Below are positions 1 to 9,241 of a DNA stretch of 64,000 nt, piece after piece. The notes below the pieces were generated by a model. The model was not told the origin of the DNA. It did not search any database and saw only the letters and a program-made list of their open reading frames with translations. Each line of letters starts with the position of its first letter. Positions within the stretch are counted from its first letter, which is position 1. A program made the position numbers and the translations under genes. The DNA lies in NCBI GenBank assembly GCA_036677365.1, contig JAVBWN010000031.1, forward strand, positions 12,975-76,974, in the 5' to 3' direction. Source of the DNA: Acholeplasma sp. GTDB taxonomy: Bacteria; Bacillota_I; Bacilli_A; Acholeplasmatales; UBA5453.

Positions 1-364
1 AGTCTTTAAATAGGTTGTTTATTGTCTGAATCAATGGTTCGTACTCAATATTAACCAAAGCCGATTCTAAGTACTTTAGTGAAAGTGACTTAGATCCTAA
101 TTTCAGATCATAGTCAAAATCAAACCTCGACTGTATTTCATAGTACTTCCATCTTTTGGTGTCCAAAGGTTTATCGTCAATTTTTATTCCACAAACCAGA
201 CCATTCTCTATCGCATATTCTGTTGAATCAATTCCGAAAAAATGTCTTCTTAATGTTCTAATAACTTCATATTTTAGTTCTATGTTGCTCCCTGTGATAA
301 ACTTTAAGGGACCAAAACTAAAATTGATTTTTTGATTGTTTATTGTAATATCAATTTTGTGCAT
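1..364 (-). CDS. csn2: CRISPR-associated Csn2, long (St CRISPR1-like) type; runs off the left edge
   Basis: Translated by hand from ATG 364 (SD GGAGG at 369-373): MHKIDITINNQKINFSFGPLKFITGSNIELKYEVIRTLRRHFFG..., which resembles the N-terminus of long-type Csn2; lies directly after cas2. Confidence 0.75.
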   Translation of the reverse strand, partial: MHKIDITINNQKINFSFGPLKFITGSNIELKYEVIRTLRRHFFGIDSTEYAIENGLVCGIKIDDKPLDTKRWKYYEIQSRFDFDYDLKLGSKSLSLKYLESALVNIEYEPLIQTINNLFKD

Positions 365-372
365 TATGCCTC

Positions 373-696
373 CTATAAAAGAATCAGTGGATCAATTGTT
401 AAAATACGCTCTTGGCGACTAATCCCTCCAATAATAATTTCCATTTTTGAATATTGCTTTTCAGTTAACATTAAGAGTCTAATTTGTCCCTTTTTAGGAC
501 ATTCTTTCTTTAAGATAGATATATGATTCGTAGCTGCATCTCGATTAGGTAAGATTTTCGAATATACTGAGTATTGCAACATTAAGTAACCTTTTGATAT
601 GAGATATTTTCTGAATAAAGCATAAGTTCGTCGATCTTTTTTGGATTTAACTGGTAAATCAAACATTACAATGAGTCTCATAATTTCATAATCCAT
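373..696 (-). CDS. cas2: CRISPR-associated endoribonuclease Cas2
   Basis: MRLIVMFDLPV...FRKYLISKGYLMLQYSVYSK motif of type II Cas2; start placed at MDYEIM, overlapping the end of cas1. Confidence 0.95.
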   Translation of the reverse strand: MDYEIMRLIVMFDLPVKSKKDRRTYALFRKYLISKGYLMLQYSVYSKILPNRDAATNHISILKKECPKKGQIRLLMLTEKQYSKMEIIIGGISRQERILTIDPLILL

Positions 697-1582
697 TAAA
701 TAATAACCTTGGATGATGAATTTGTTTTTCTTCATTTGATTCCAGAATGGATATAATGTGATCGATATACTCTCTTATTGTATTAGTTACTGTCTGTTTT
801 GCATCCTTAAACTCAATATTATATGTAGTTAATTTAATCAACTCTAAACGATGATCTTTGGTAAAGATTTTTTCGTTAATTAAATGGTTATGAACCCATA
901 AATCAATATGAGGACGAAATGGTTCTATAATGTCATCCGCCAAATTGAATAAATTAGTCGGGCCTTTGTGAAATATCCCCAATGAAGGGTGATATCCCTT
1001 AGCTAAGATATATTTGGCAATTTGCGATCTTATTATGGCATAACCATAATTCATAGCTGCATTGATAATGTCTTCCTCAAATCTTTTAAAATCCGAACCA
1101 AATAGTGCACGGAAATACATTTTTGCTGCTAAACCTTCACGATTGCTATTATCTCCTAATTCAACTTGATTGTGAAAAGTTTCGAGATGATTAATTACCT
1201 CTTCAGACTTATTCAGATGTTTTAACACAGATAATTGATTGAAAATTTTAGATTTAATGATTTGTTGATGTACATATTTTTTTTGTAAAGAATCCCATTC
1301 AATCTGCCTTCTCAAATTAATTGATACCTGAGAAGCCCCACCATATGGAATGACCAACGATGAGGGTAAATGCTCAATATTACAAAGTACAACATTGATA
1401 TTATTTTCACATAAAGCATTTAATAAATGTACGGATAATGTTGTTTTATAGTTGTCAATGATGATGGTGTTAATATCAGCCAATGGAATTAAGATGTCAT
1501 CTTCATTTTTGACTATCTTCATATTGTCTAAATAAAGTGACAGATAGTCAGATTCTTCGATATAAATAATTCTCCAACTCAT
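686..1582 (-). CDS. cas1: Type II CRISPR-associated endonuclease Cas1
   Basis: MSWRIIYI start; NREGLAAKMYF, NAAMNYGYAIIRS, LGIFH and FNLADDIIEPFRP motifs. Confidence 0.96.
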   Translation of the reverse strand: MSWRIIYIEESDYLSLYLDNMKIVKNEDDILIPLADINTIIIDNYKTTLSVHLLNALCENNINVVLCNIEHLPSSLVIPYGGASQVSINLRRQIEWDSLQKKYVHQQIIKSKIFNQLSVLKHLNKSEEVINHLETFHNQVELGDNSNREGLAAKMYFRALFGSDFKRFEEDIINAAMNYGYAIIRSQIAKYILAKGYHPSLGIFHKGPTNLFNLADDIIEPFRPHIDLWVHNHLINEKIFTKDHRLELIKLTTYNIEFKDAKQTVTNTIREYIDHIISILESNEEKQIHHPRLLFNGL

Positions 1583-1587
1583 AATAT

Positions 1588-1693
1588 AAAAAAGAGAACC
1601 CACTCGAAAGTGGGTTCGATTTCGGGAATATCTCCCTTGTCTTGCTAGGTCCTCTAAACCTTTGCTACCTAAGTATCCCTGCTACGAGGATAC
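1588..1693 (-). ncRNA. tracrRNA
   Basis: Between cas9 and cas1: anti-repeat (1639-1672) ending CTAGCAAGAC, nexus AAGG-GAGATATTCCC-GAAATC like St1 tracrRNA, terminal hairpin GAACCCACT-TTCG-AGTGGGTTC plus U-tract, own promoter. Confidence 0.85.
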
Positions 1694-1699
1694 ATTAGT

Positions 1700-1728
1700 A
1701 TTATAACAAATTATATTTCCAGTTTCAA
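1700..1728 (-). promoter_or_regulatory. sigmaA promoter of tracrRNA (overlaps the cas9 3' end)
   Basis: TTGAAA-N17-TATAAT with extended TG; predicted +1 at G1693. Confidence 0.75.
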
Positions 1729-4700
1729 GACCTCTTTATTAGCAACGAACAACTTTCCAATTGTATTTACATGATACTTTTGAATGGACTTAATTTTTTT
1801 ACCGATAGATACTGTAATCTGTTTATCATCTTTTTTTGTTATTGATTTTACTTCAATTCGATTCATCGAGTCATTAGAGGTACCAATGAACCTATAAGTT
1901 GAAGATTTTCCATCAAATGTCACTATTTCAACAATTTCATTTCGATATAACGAATATTGAAAATGATAAGCGCTATCAATGGATTTTTCTTCAAGTTTCT
2001 CTCTATATAAACTCCTGGAAACAATATATCTATTGTCTTGTTTTTTGAAATTACTATATCTAAGTGTAATAAACTTGTACTCTCCATCGTCTGATTTATA
2101 TAAATCAATTCGATAAGGGGATACTTGAAGCAATACAACTTTCTTTTTATCAGATCGAGATTTAGTAATATCGATACTGTTGCCTAACTGATCTTCTTTG
2201 TATTTTAAATCAGTAATAACTGGTCCATCAATTTTACCATGTTTTCTCAACTTCCCGTGGTTTTGCTGATATGCAAGAAATGGTTTTGGTTCATGTCTAT
2301 ACTGCAGGTATGCTTTTTCAACATGGTCATAAGATACTTTATCGTGCATGTACATGAGTAAATTTTGTTTCTTTTTATCGTCTTCGAATATTTTTGCAAG
2401 ATCGTCTTTCTTCATTTCATAAATGTTCTTATATTTTTTTATGACGTAATGGGTACCACCAAAACTACGAGTAGAATAGATTGTTTGATCGGATATGCTA
2501 CGGTTTGGTTTAGTATCTTTTTTCCAAGAAAATCGAATGTCATTATCGCTCAAATTGCTTATCGATTTACAAAACATAATGAACTTACTATCTTTCTTCG
2601 GATCTGCTTCAAATAGCTCACCAGTTTTTGGATTGTGTACAATACCCGACTCATTCTTAGTTACATTGAATAAGTAACTAAAAAGCTTTTGGTTGCTTAA
2701 TCCAGCGATAATCAAAGCATCTATTGCATGATGTGAATATATATTTCGATCCTTATTAAATGGGTTATTATCATTTGAATCCGGATTATCTCTATACCAT
2801 TGAGTTTTTGCAATATTTCTAAATAAATCCGTTTGTTTTCCTTTTATAGTAGTTACAGTTGTCTCAATGTTATGATTCTCAAAATATTGTTTTAATGTCA
2901 TCATGAATGCCTTAATGGCATAAGATGTATCCACGAGATTTCGATTAATAAATTCTTTCATGACATCGTACTTTGTTATATCTCTTTCATCCAATAAATT
3001 TGCTTTTTTATAGCGAGAAATATTTGGGTTATTTAGCACAATTTCTTTAAATGTCTCATAATTTTGAATCAAAAAGCGACTATCTACTTTGCCAGACTTA
3101 AAATAACTAAATGGTGTTAAGTTCCCTTTGATTTGATTTGCTAATGGTGTAATTAATACCTTGTTATGATACGAATCATCCAATGAAATCGAAAATGGAA
3201 TGATGTGATCTACTTCATATGCTTTAGGATCAGTAATCAGTTTATGTAGGTTTATTTGTGTTCCCGAGTAGGCACATTTACCATTTTGTTCTTTATAAAG
3301 TCTGAGTTTTTGAATCATGATTGGTTTTACATCTATATTCGTATCTCCAATCAATTCTTTAAGTTCATTCTCAGCTTCTAGTTTAGATTTTTCTTGTTTC
3401 TTTTGTCGATCTCTAATAGTAGCAGCCTGTTCTTTAGAATTTTTATCTCGTGTTGTTTCTATAACTATTCGATCAAATTGTCCATAGGTTTTCATTAGAG
3501 CATCCACAACTTTAAATGCTTCCTGTTGGGCTCTCCTTGCCACAGGTGATAAAATAACACTATCGCTTAATGAAAGGGTATTGTTGATGTTCAACTTATC
3601 GGTTAGTTTGATGATTTGTTGGGCATTATAATCATCGTTCAATAATTCATTATCTAATATCCTTAATGCCTTTAGTGAGAATGAATGGTAACCATTTATA
3701 CCACTTAACTCTGCTAAAACTTTAACTGATTTTGGAGTTAATCCCAAAGTTTCAAGCAATTTAACTCTTTCATCAATGACTAATGTAGATGTCAAAATTT
3801 CGGCTATTGTATCATATAAATCGTTATTAAATGAATCCAAATTTGTCTCATCGTTTAGTGCTTTTCTAATCTTAAAGTAACCTTCAAGTTCTGAAATTAA
3901 TGGTTCATTCTTATTGTTCACTCTAAACCCTTTAATATCTGATAAATCAAAACCTAGTTGTTTTAATAAACCTTTTACACCTTTAGGTTTAAAATATCCA
4001 TTATGAATTAAGAACTGAAGGGCTTTTTCTTTTTCATCTCTCGATAGTTTACGATTATCTTGAGAAATTATAGTCAGGTTATTTAAGTCATTCAATAAAT
4101 TATAAATTTCAGCTGACAGTGCATTTTTAGGTGCTCTTAATTCCTCCGGATAAATTGAACATTTACCCCGCATGATTTCGATTAAATTTAGGGGTTGTTT
4201 GTTAATAATATCACCAGATGATAGTACAAGGTAATCAATACCCTCACGATGAATTGTAAACTTAGCTTTTTTATATTGGTTTCGCTCAATCTCAGTAAAA
4301 CTAGAGATAAGATCATGTTTAATTTTTTGCTCAACACTTCTATATCTGCCGTATGGGGTTGGCGAATTCAAACTACCTGGTCCATCTGAAAAGTGACGTC
4401 TTCTTCTAATGATGGATAAAACACTTGATGTGAACTTATCTGACATTTCCTGTACAAAGAGCATTTGTTTTATTTCATTTTCATACTGAATGGTTCTATA
4501 TACATTTTCATGACCACGAATGCTTCCAAACTGGTTTAAAGCATCTATTTGAAGATGAACTATGTGTTTTTCTTTATGTAACATGTTATCATGCTTTTGA
4601 AGAATGAACTTCGGACTTTCTTCATTTTTCGTTTCTTCTACTGTCTCTAAATTCGAACCCCGACGCTTTGAATATTGAATTAATGCGGAAGCCAATTCAT

Positions 4701-5004
4701 CAGCGGTTAATTTGCATGTTAAACCTTTTAATCGAGAATGATATGGATCTGCTTTAGGTTTGTAGTCAATTACTGGGATGATTTTATTATCAAAAAGTAG
4801 TTGACGCATATCTAAAATTCGTAATTTCCTACGATTTTTTAAACGTCTTTGACTTCTAAAACTGCGTCGTTTTGTATTGTCTTCAGAATCTGCCTCTTCA
4901 AAAAGCCGAACGCCTGCTTTAACTATTTTATTGCTATCATCTATGATTCCCCAACCAACTGAAGTAATACCAATATCTAAACCAAGTATTAGTTTTTTAT
5001 CCAT
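1711..5004 (-). CDS. cas9: Type II-A Cas9 (compact, 1097 aa)
   Basis: RuvC-I GLDIGITSVGW, Arg-rich bridge helix, RuvC-II IVIE, HNH YEVDHIIP...NKVL...NQIKGN, RuvC-III HHAIDA; catalytic residues present. Confidence 0.98.
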   Translation of the reverse strand: MDKKLILGLDIGITSVGWGIIDDSNKIVKAGVRLFEEADSEDNTKRRSFRSQRRLKNRRKLRILDMRQLLFDNKIIPVIDYKPKADPYHSRLKGLTCKLTADELASALIQYSKRRGSNLETVEETKNEESPKFILQKHDNMLHKEKHIVHLQIDALNQFGSIRGHENVYRTIQYENEIKQMLFVQEMSDKFTSSVLSIIRRRRHFSDGPGSLNSPTPYGRYRSVEQKIKHDLISSFTEIERNQYKKAKFTIHREGIDYLVLSSGDIINKQPLNLIEIMRGKCSIYPEELRAPKNALSAEIYNLLNDLNNLTIISQDNRKLSRDEKEKALQFLIHNGYFKPKGVKGLLKQLGFDLSDIKGFRVNNKNEPLISELEGYFKIRKALNDETNLDSFNNDLYDTIAEILTSTLVIDERVKLLETLGLTPKSVKVLAELSGINGYHSFSLKALRILDNELLNDDYNAQQIIKLTDKLNINNTLSLSDSVILSPVARRAQQEAFKVVDALMKTYGQFDRIVIETTRDKNSKEQAATIRDRQKKQEKSKLEAENELKELIGDTNIDVKPIMIQKLRLYKEQNGKCAYSGTQINLHKLITDPKAYEVDHIIPFSISLDDSYHNKVLITPLANQIKGNLTPFSYFKSGKVDSRFLIQNYETFKEIVLNNPNISRYKKANLLDERDITKYDVMKEFINRNLVDTSYAIKAFMMTLKQYFENHNIETTVTTIKGKQTDLFRNIAKTQWYRDNPDSNDNNPFNKDRNIYSHHAIDALIIAGLSNQKLFSYLFNVTKNESGIVHNPKTGELFEADPKKDSKFIMFCKSISNLSDNDIRFSWKKDTKPNRSISDQTIYSTRSFGGTHYVIKKYKNIYEMKKDDLAKIFEDDKKKQNLLMYMHDKVSYDHVEKAYLQYRHEPKPFLAYQQNHGKLRKHGKIDGPVITDLKYKEDQLGNSIDITKSRSDKKKVVLLQVSPYRIDLYKSDDGEYKFITLRYSNFKKQDNRYIVSRSLYREKLEEKSIDSAYHFQYSLYRNEIVEIVTFDGKSSTYRFIGTSNDSMNRIEVKSITKKDDKQITVSIGKKIKSIQKYHVNTIGKLFVANKEVLKLEI

Positions 5005-5046
5005 TTTATCTATCCTTTCAATAATTAGAATCTTCTCATTAACTTT

Positions 5047-5075
5047 ATTATATCAGTTAACTGTAACGGTTACAA
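5047..5075 (-). promoter_or_regulatory. cas9 promoter with overlapping palindromes
   Basis: TTGTAA-N17-TATAAT with extended TG; palindromes CAGTTAACTG (5054-5063) and TGTAAC-N-GTTACA (5062-5074). Confidence 0.65.
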
Positions 5076-5397
5076 TAAACAGAAACAAATAACCTAATAA
5101 TAAATATATGTTACATTCATAAGCCAATAATACCCAAGCCAAAAGGGTTAAACTGTAAAATAATTCATTTGCCTTAAATAATATATGTCCTCATTTTTAA
5201 AAATAGAGCCCCAAAATCCAGTTAAACAATAAAACCATGCCTTTACCGCACGGTTTAATTGCTATTATTGCAGATTATTTAATTACGCATCAGAAGACAA
5301 ACTCAAGTAACGCACAATATGTTCAATTTTAATCATCGAAAGACAGTAAATTATGAAACAAAATTGATTCTACTTATTGTGAAATAATTTGAACTAA

Positions 5398-7491
5398 TCA
5401 TCTATTGTTTGTTGGAAGGTATTTCGATACGATTTTAATTATTTCTTCACCGTACTTACTTACTTGCGTTATGCTTAATTTACACTCGGATACCAATTGT
5501 TGTGTTGTCTTCGGCAACGAGACCGATATTTTATCGATTTGCTTGTTTGTTAATATATAGTATGCTGGAACCGTTTTGTTAAGTTCACTATACTTTCTTT
5601 TTCTAAAATCCATTAAGGCATCTGACAACTGTGGTTTGTCTATGTCTTCAATCTCTTCAGCTGATAACAATCTAGCAAAATTTTCTTGTGATTTTGGTGA
5701 TAAGTATCTATTTAATACCTCATAACCGAATTTGGAATCCGTTCTGAATTTAAATGCTACATAGGTTAATACATGACGATAATAACTATTATCATTTTTT
5801 GTAAAATTTGAATAGGCATAGGCAGGATTTTGTTCCTTAAACCTTAAATATGTTGGTATTGCTATTTCTTTGAATATGAAATCAAACAAGTCATAGCTTC
5901 TAGATCTTTTAGTAAATTCATCGAAATCTTCTATTAATATTATTTGACCAATATCATTTTGCGATACATAAGGCATAAATTCATTTGTTTTTGTAGGAAA
6001 CAATGAATCATGTTTGCTTAGTAAGTACCTTAATTCATCGTTGTAGTACATTTTGGTTAGGAATCCCAATACACCTAACATCCAAAAGAACCCATTTTTT
6101 GCCATACCAATCAATTCTGGTGAACTTTGAGCATCTCTAGATATGTAATTTTTCCATTTATGATATTCGATTTTTAAAAATTGAAATGACATCAATAAAT
6201 TTGAACTGTATGTATTTTTATATATTTTTCTGTAATATGGTTCATGTGATAACATTTTATTTTTACTATTTCTAGCAAGACCAGGATGCTGATAGATAAA
6301 TGAAAATATCATTTGACCCATTTCATCATTAGTAGCATTTTGCCATGGTTCCTTATAAATCGTTTTATTGATTTTTTCACCGCGTTTAACCTGAAGAAAT
6401 ATACCAATATCGTTCATTTGTTTTTTAAGTCTATGTTGTTCAATTCTATTTGCAATAAGATCCTTAGTTTTAATTGGTTTTTGTGTATTACTTGTTTCTG
6501 CGATTTTTGTTAAAAATAGTAGATTTTCCTCATAGTTGTCATATTTAGGTTTAATGATTTTACATAATATTGGAAAATCTTCTTCAAACTCTGTATTACC
6601 AATCAAATTTGTTGTTTGACCGCCATTGACAATTGAAAAGTTTGATAAATGTATTATGTCATCTTCTATCCAGTAATCTTCACAAGTAATGATAATGCCA
6701 TTATTAAAATACCAAAATTTTTCTGGTTCAAATTGAATTGTGTGCTTTATGTTTTCATCAATTTTGGCTGATTTTACATAGTATCTGAGATTACTTGCAA
6801 ATAATCCATTATTAGCAGATTTAATAAACACTTCCTTTAGTGATTTAGCTGATATACTTGTCACAATAGATTTTTCATTCCCATGATACATTAGTGAGTT
6901 TTTGTCCAGTAAATTGAGTTGTCCTTGCTTTACGAATAATGTCGGTGAGTCAATGTCAAATAGCGTCTCCTGAATATCATCTCCAAAAATGATGTTAAAA
7001 CTAATAGTACTTAACTGTCCTTTATAGTTTGATATTACATTTTTAAGTTCACTTTTAAGGGTGAAATCCAAAAAAGCATCTGATAAAAGCATGACATTTA
7101 ATTCGGAATGGTTTATCGCATTTAGTTTTAACAACTGCTCCCTAATGGATCTTGTTTCGTTATTACTAATCCCATTAATTGCATTAACAATCAATTGGTC
7201 AATTTTGTCCAATCTTGAAATGATTTTTGCTGGGTCAAGTTCTTCTTTTCTAACAGTTCCATAGATGTCAAAACTTTGTTCATCAACTAGACTTGGCATT
7301 ATAGCTTGAATATAACTATTTTTGATAATGTTATCTTCCAACTCATCGATAGCGACTGGATCTGCATTATAAACTTGATAATGCAAAAATAGTCTTGGTA
7401 GCAATTCCTCTATATCTGAGTTCTTGCTGATTATTGTATGATCATTCTCAAAATAAAGTTCAACCAATTCTCCATAATATTTATCAAACAT
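5398..7491 (-). CDS. AIPR (abortive infection phage resistance) family protein with C-terminal HRDC domain
   Basis: AIPR motifs LFASNLRYY, FWYFNNGIII, SIVNGGQTT, SNTQKPIK..DL; C-terminal LMDFRK...VPAYYILTNKQI...PKT...KYGEEII matches the HRDC pattern. Confidence 0.85.
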   Translation of the reverse strand: MFDKYYGELVELYFENDHTIISKNSDIEELLPRLFLHYQVYNADPVAIDELEDNIIKNSYIQAIMPSLVDEQSFDIYGTVRKEELDPAKIISRLDKIDQLIVNAINGISNNETRSIREQLLKLNAINHSELNVMLLSDAFLDFTLKSELKNVISNYKGQLSTISFNIIFGDDIQETLFDIDSPTLFVKQGQLNLLDKNSLMYHGNEKSIVTSISAKSLKEVFIKSANNGLFASNLRYYVKSAKIDENIKHTIQFEPEKFWYFNNGIIITCEDYWIEDDIIHLSNFSIVNGGQTTNLIGNTEFEEDFPILCKIIKPKYDNYEENLLFLTKIAETSNTQKPIKTKDLIANRIEQHRLKKQMNDIGIFLQVKRGEKINKTIYKEPWQNATNDEMGQMIFSFIYQHPGLARNSKNKMLSHEPYYRKIYKNTYSSNLLMSFQFLKIEYHKWKNYISRDAQSSPELIGMAKNGFFWMLGVLGFLTKMYYNDELRYLLSKHDSLFPTKTNEFMPYVSQNDIGQIILIEDFDEFTKRSRSYDLFDFIFKEIAIPTYLRFKEQNPAYAYSNFTKNDNSYYRHVLTYVAFKFRTDSKFGYEVLNRYLSPKSQENFARLLSAEEIEDIDKPQLSDALMDFRKRKYSELNKTVPAYYILTNKQIDKISVSLPKTTQQLVSECKLSITQVSKYGEEIIKIVSKYLPTNNR

Positions 7492-7764
7492 TTAGTTTCC
7501 TCTTTCCATAAATATAGTCATTTCAAACATGTGTAATAAGCCCAAATATTAAAATTGATATTAACACATGAACGAATGGACTTAATTTAATTAGATCATG
7601 ATTTAATGTATATGTCAAGATCATGGATTAATAAAAAAATCAAGCATTCGCATGATTTTTTTTAATGTAATGGCTTTTTATTTTTTATAGGCTTATGATG
7701 GTAATTATAAACTTAAATCGAAATCAGTTTGTTTAGAAGAAAACTTAGATTATATTACTTCATA

Positions 7765-8724
7765 TCAGGATATTAGAGATTGATAGAACTTAGTAATATA
7801 ATGGTGTTCTAATGATAATAAGAGTTCTTCTTTTTGATTTGAATCATGAATTAGTTCTAATAGTTTTTGATTGCGTTCTTCTAACTTCTGAATATAACTA
7901 TCTTTAGGTGGTTTATTTGATTTGGAGCTATTATTCGATTTTGAAGTGATAACCAAATTCCATAAGTCATCTGAATACATATAAGACCAAGGAATAAAAT
8001 GATCGACTGAAATTTCTTCAATTGAAATAACTTCATCGGTATAGAAATCTCTGATTTCATCCTTATATAGTAACAGTAATATGTCTTTATATTTAGAAAG
8101 GTTATTACGCTTTACCTTATTATCTGACGAGCCCTTGACCTTGGAAACAATGCGTGGCTGTGTATTGTATTTTTCTAAAAGTTGTGCCCACTTATAATTA
8201 AATAGTTGAATCAATACTTCACTGTATGCTTTCAATGAACTCGATTGTTCTAATGTCATTTCGATGTATTTTTGTTTTTTATTTAGTTGATAAATGGCTA
8301 ATGATTCTTTGTCTAAAATCATGAATCGCCAAGAAACATCTACTTTTAATACACTAGATATCTTTTGGACGGTTTTCTCGATAATTGCAGCATCGATATC
8401 AGTGATGGCTTTATCAAACCATACGGGAATATTGGATACTTGTGTTTTGTAAATTTCAATCAATTCACTGGTCAACTGAACAACAATCGGTGGATGCTCA
8501 TAACTAGCACTTTGTTTTAAATTGAAAAAGAAGGTTTGATTCCAGTAATACTTAAGCATGTTCTTAGCGATTGAATCAAATGAAATTCTATAATTGAATT
8601 CGATTTCGAATCCTTCATTGCATGAGACACATTCGATGATGGCTCTGCCCCATGCTAATTTATAGGTGTTATCGTTAGACATCCCATTTAAGATATCAAA
8701 CCATTGTTTAATATAGGTATCCAT
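7765..8724 (-). CDS. HNH endonuclease domain protein (putative restriction/defence nuclease)
   Basis: VDHFIPWSY...DDLWNLV...NSSKSN HNH motif; N-terminal NTYKLAW segment. Confidence 0.8.
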   Translation of the reverse strand: MDTYIKQWFDILNGMSNDNTYKLAWGRAIIECVSCNEGFEIEFNYRISFDSIAKNMLKYYWNQTFFFNLKQSASYEHPPIVVQLTSELIEIYKTQVSNIPVWFDKAITDIDAAIIEKTVQKISSVLKVDVSWRFMILDKESLAIYQLNKKQKYIEMTLEQSSSLKAYSEVLIQLFNYKWAQLLEKYNTQPRIVSKVKGSSDNKVKRNNLSKYKDILLLLYKDEIRDFYTDEVISIEEISVDHFIPWSYMYSDDLWNLVITSKSNNSSKSNKPPKDSYIQKLEERNQKLLELIHDSNQKEELLLSLEHHYITKFYQSLIS

Positions 8725-9089
8725 CAGTAACTCATCTTTCCAGGAATGACGCCTCTAATACCACCACGTGGTTGGGGGGTATCCCCATGATAACGTGGAA
8801 TCAAATGTAGATGTAGATGCATAATCGTTTGACCAGCCGCCTCACCGTTATTGATTCCGATATTGTAACCATCTGGATGAAATTCCTTATCCAATTTTGA
8901 TTTCACATACATCAAAGCTCCATCGATTGATTGTTTTTCCTCTATTGTTAAATCAAAGTAGTTTGACACATGCCTTTTAGTGATGATGAGTGTATGACCG
9001 GGATTCACTGGAAATCCATCATATATGGCATAAACAAAAGTATTTTGATAGATGATTTTAAGATCATTTTGATTACAAAATAGACACAT
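8724..9089 (-). CDS. HIT family hydrolase
   Basis: MCLFC, FPVNPGHTLII, GEAAGQTIMHLHLHLIPR histidine triad; SD GGAGG at 9099-9103. Confidence 0.92.
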   Translation of the reverse strand: MCLFCNQNDLKIIYQNTFVYAIYDGFPVNPGHTLIITKRHVSNYFDLTIEEKQSIDGALMYVKSKLDKEFHPDGYNIGINNGEAAGQTIMHLHLHLIPRYHGDTPQPRGGIRGVIPGKMSY

Positions 9090-9190
9090 AAAGAATAGCC
9101 TCCTAGAATTCACTTCTACTTAAATTATACCTTTTTTGATAACAAAAACTATATTTATTTAGATGATTCATTATATGCGTCGAATTCTGT

Positions 9191-9230
9191 AAAAAATAAA
9201 CTCAGCATCTACATGTAAAAGGTGCTGAGT
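9191..9230 (-). terminator. Intrinsic terminator
   Basis: Inverted repeat ACTCAGCATCT/AGGTGCTGAGT (plus strand) followed by a U-tract on the minus strand. Confidence 0.7.
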
Positions 9231-9241
9231 ATTTGTATGTT

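Noticed and set aside
1694..1740. Long tracrRNA acting as a natural sgRNA on the cas9 promoter
   Set aside because: Only a 6-nt GTCTTG match, lying at/upstream of the tracr promoter; no match to the cas9 promoter seen
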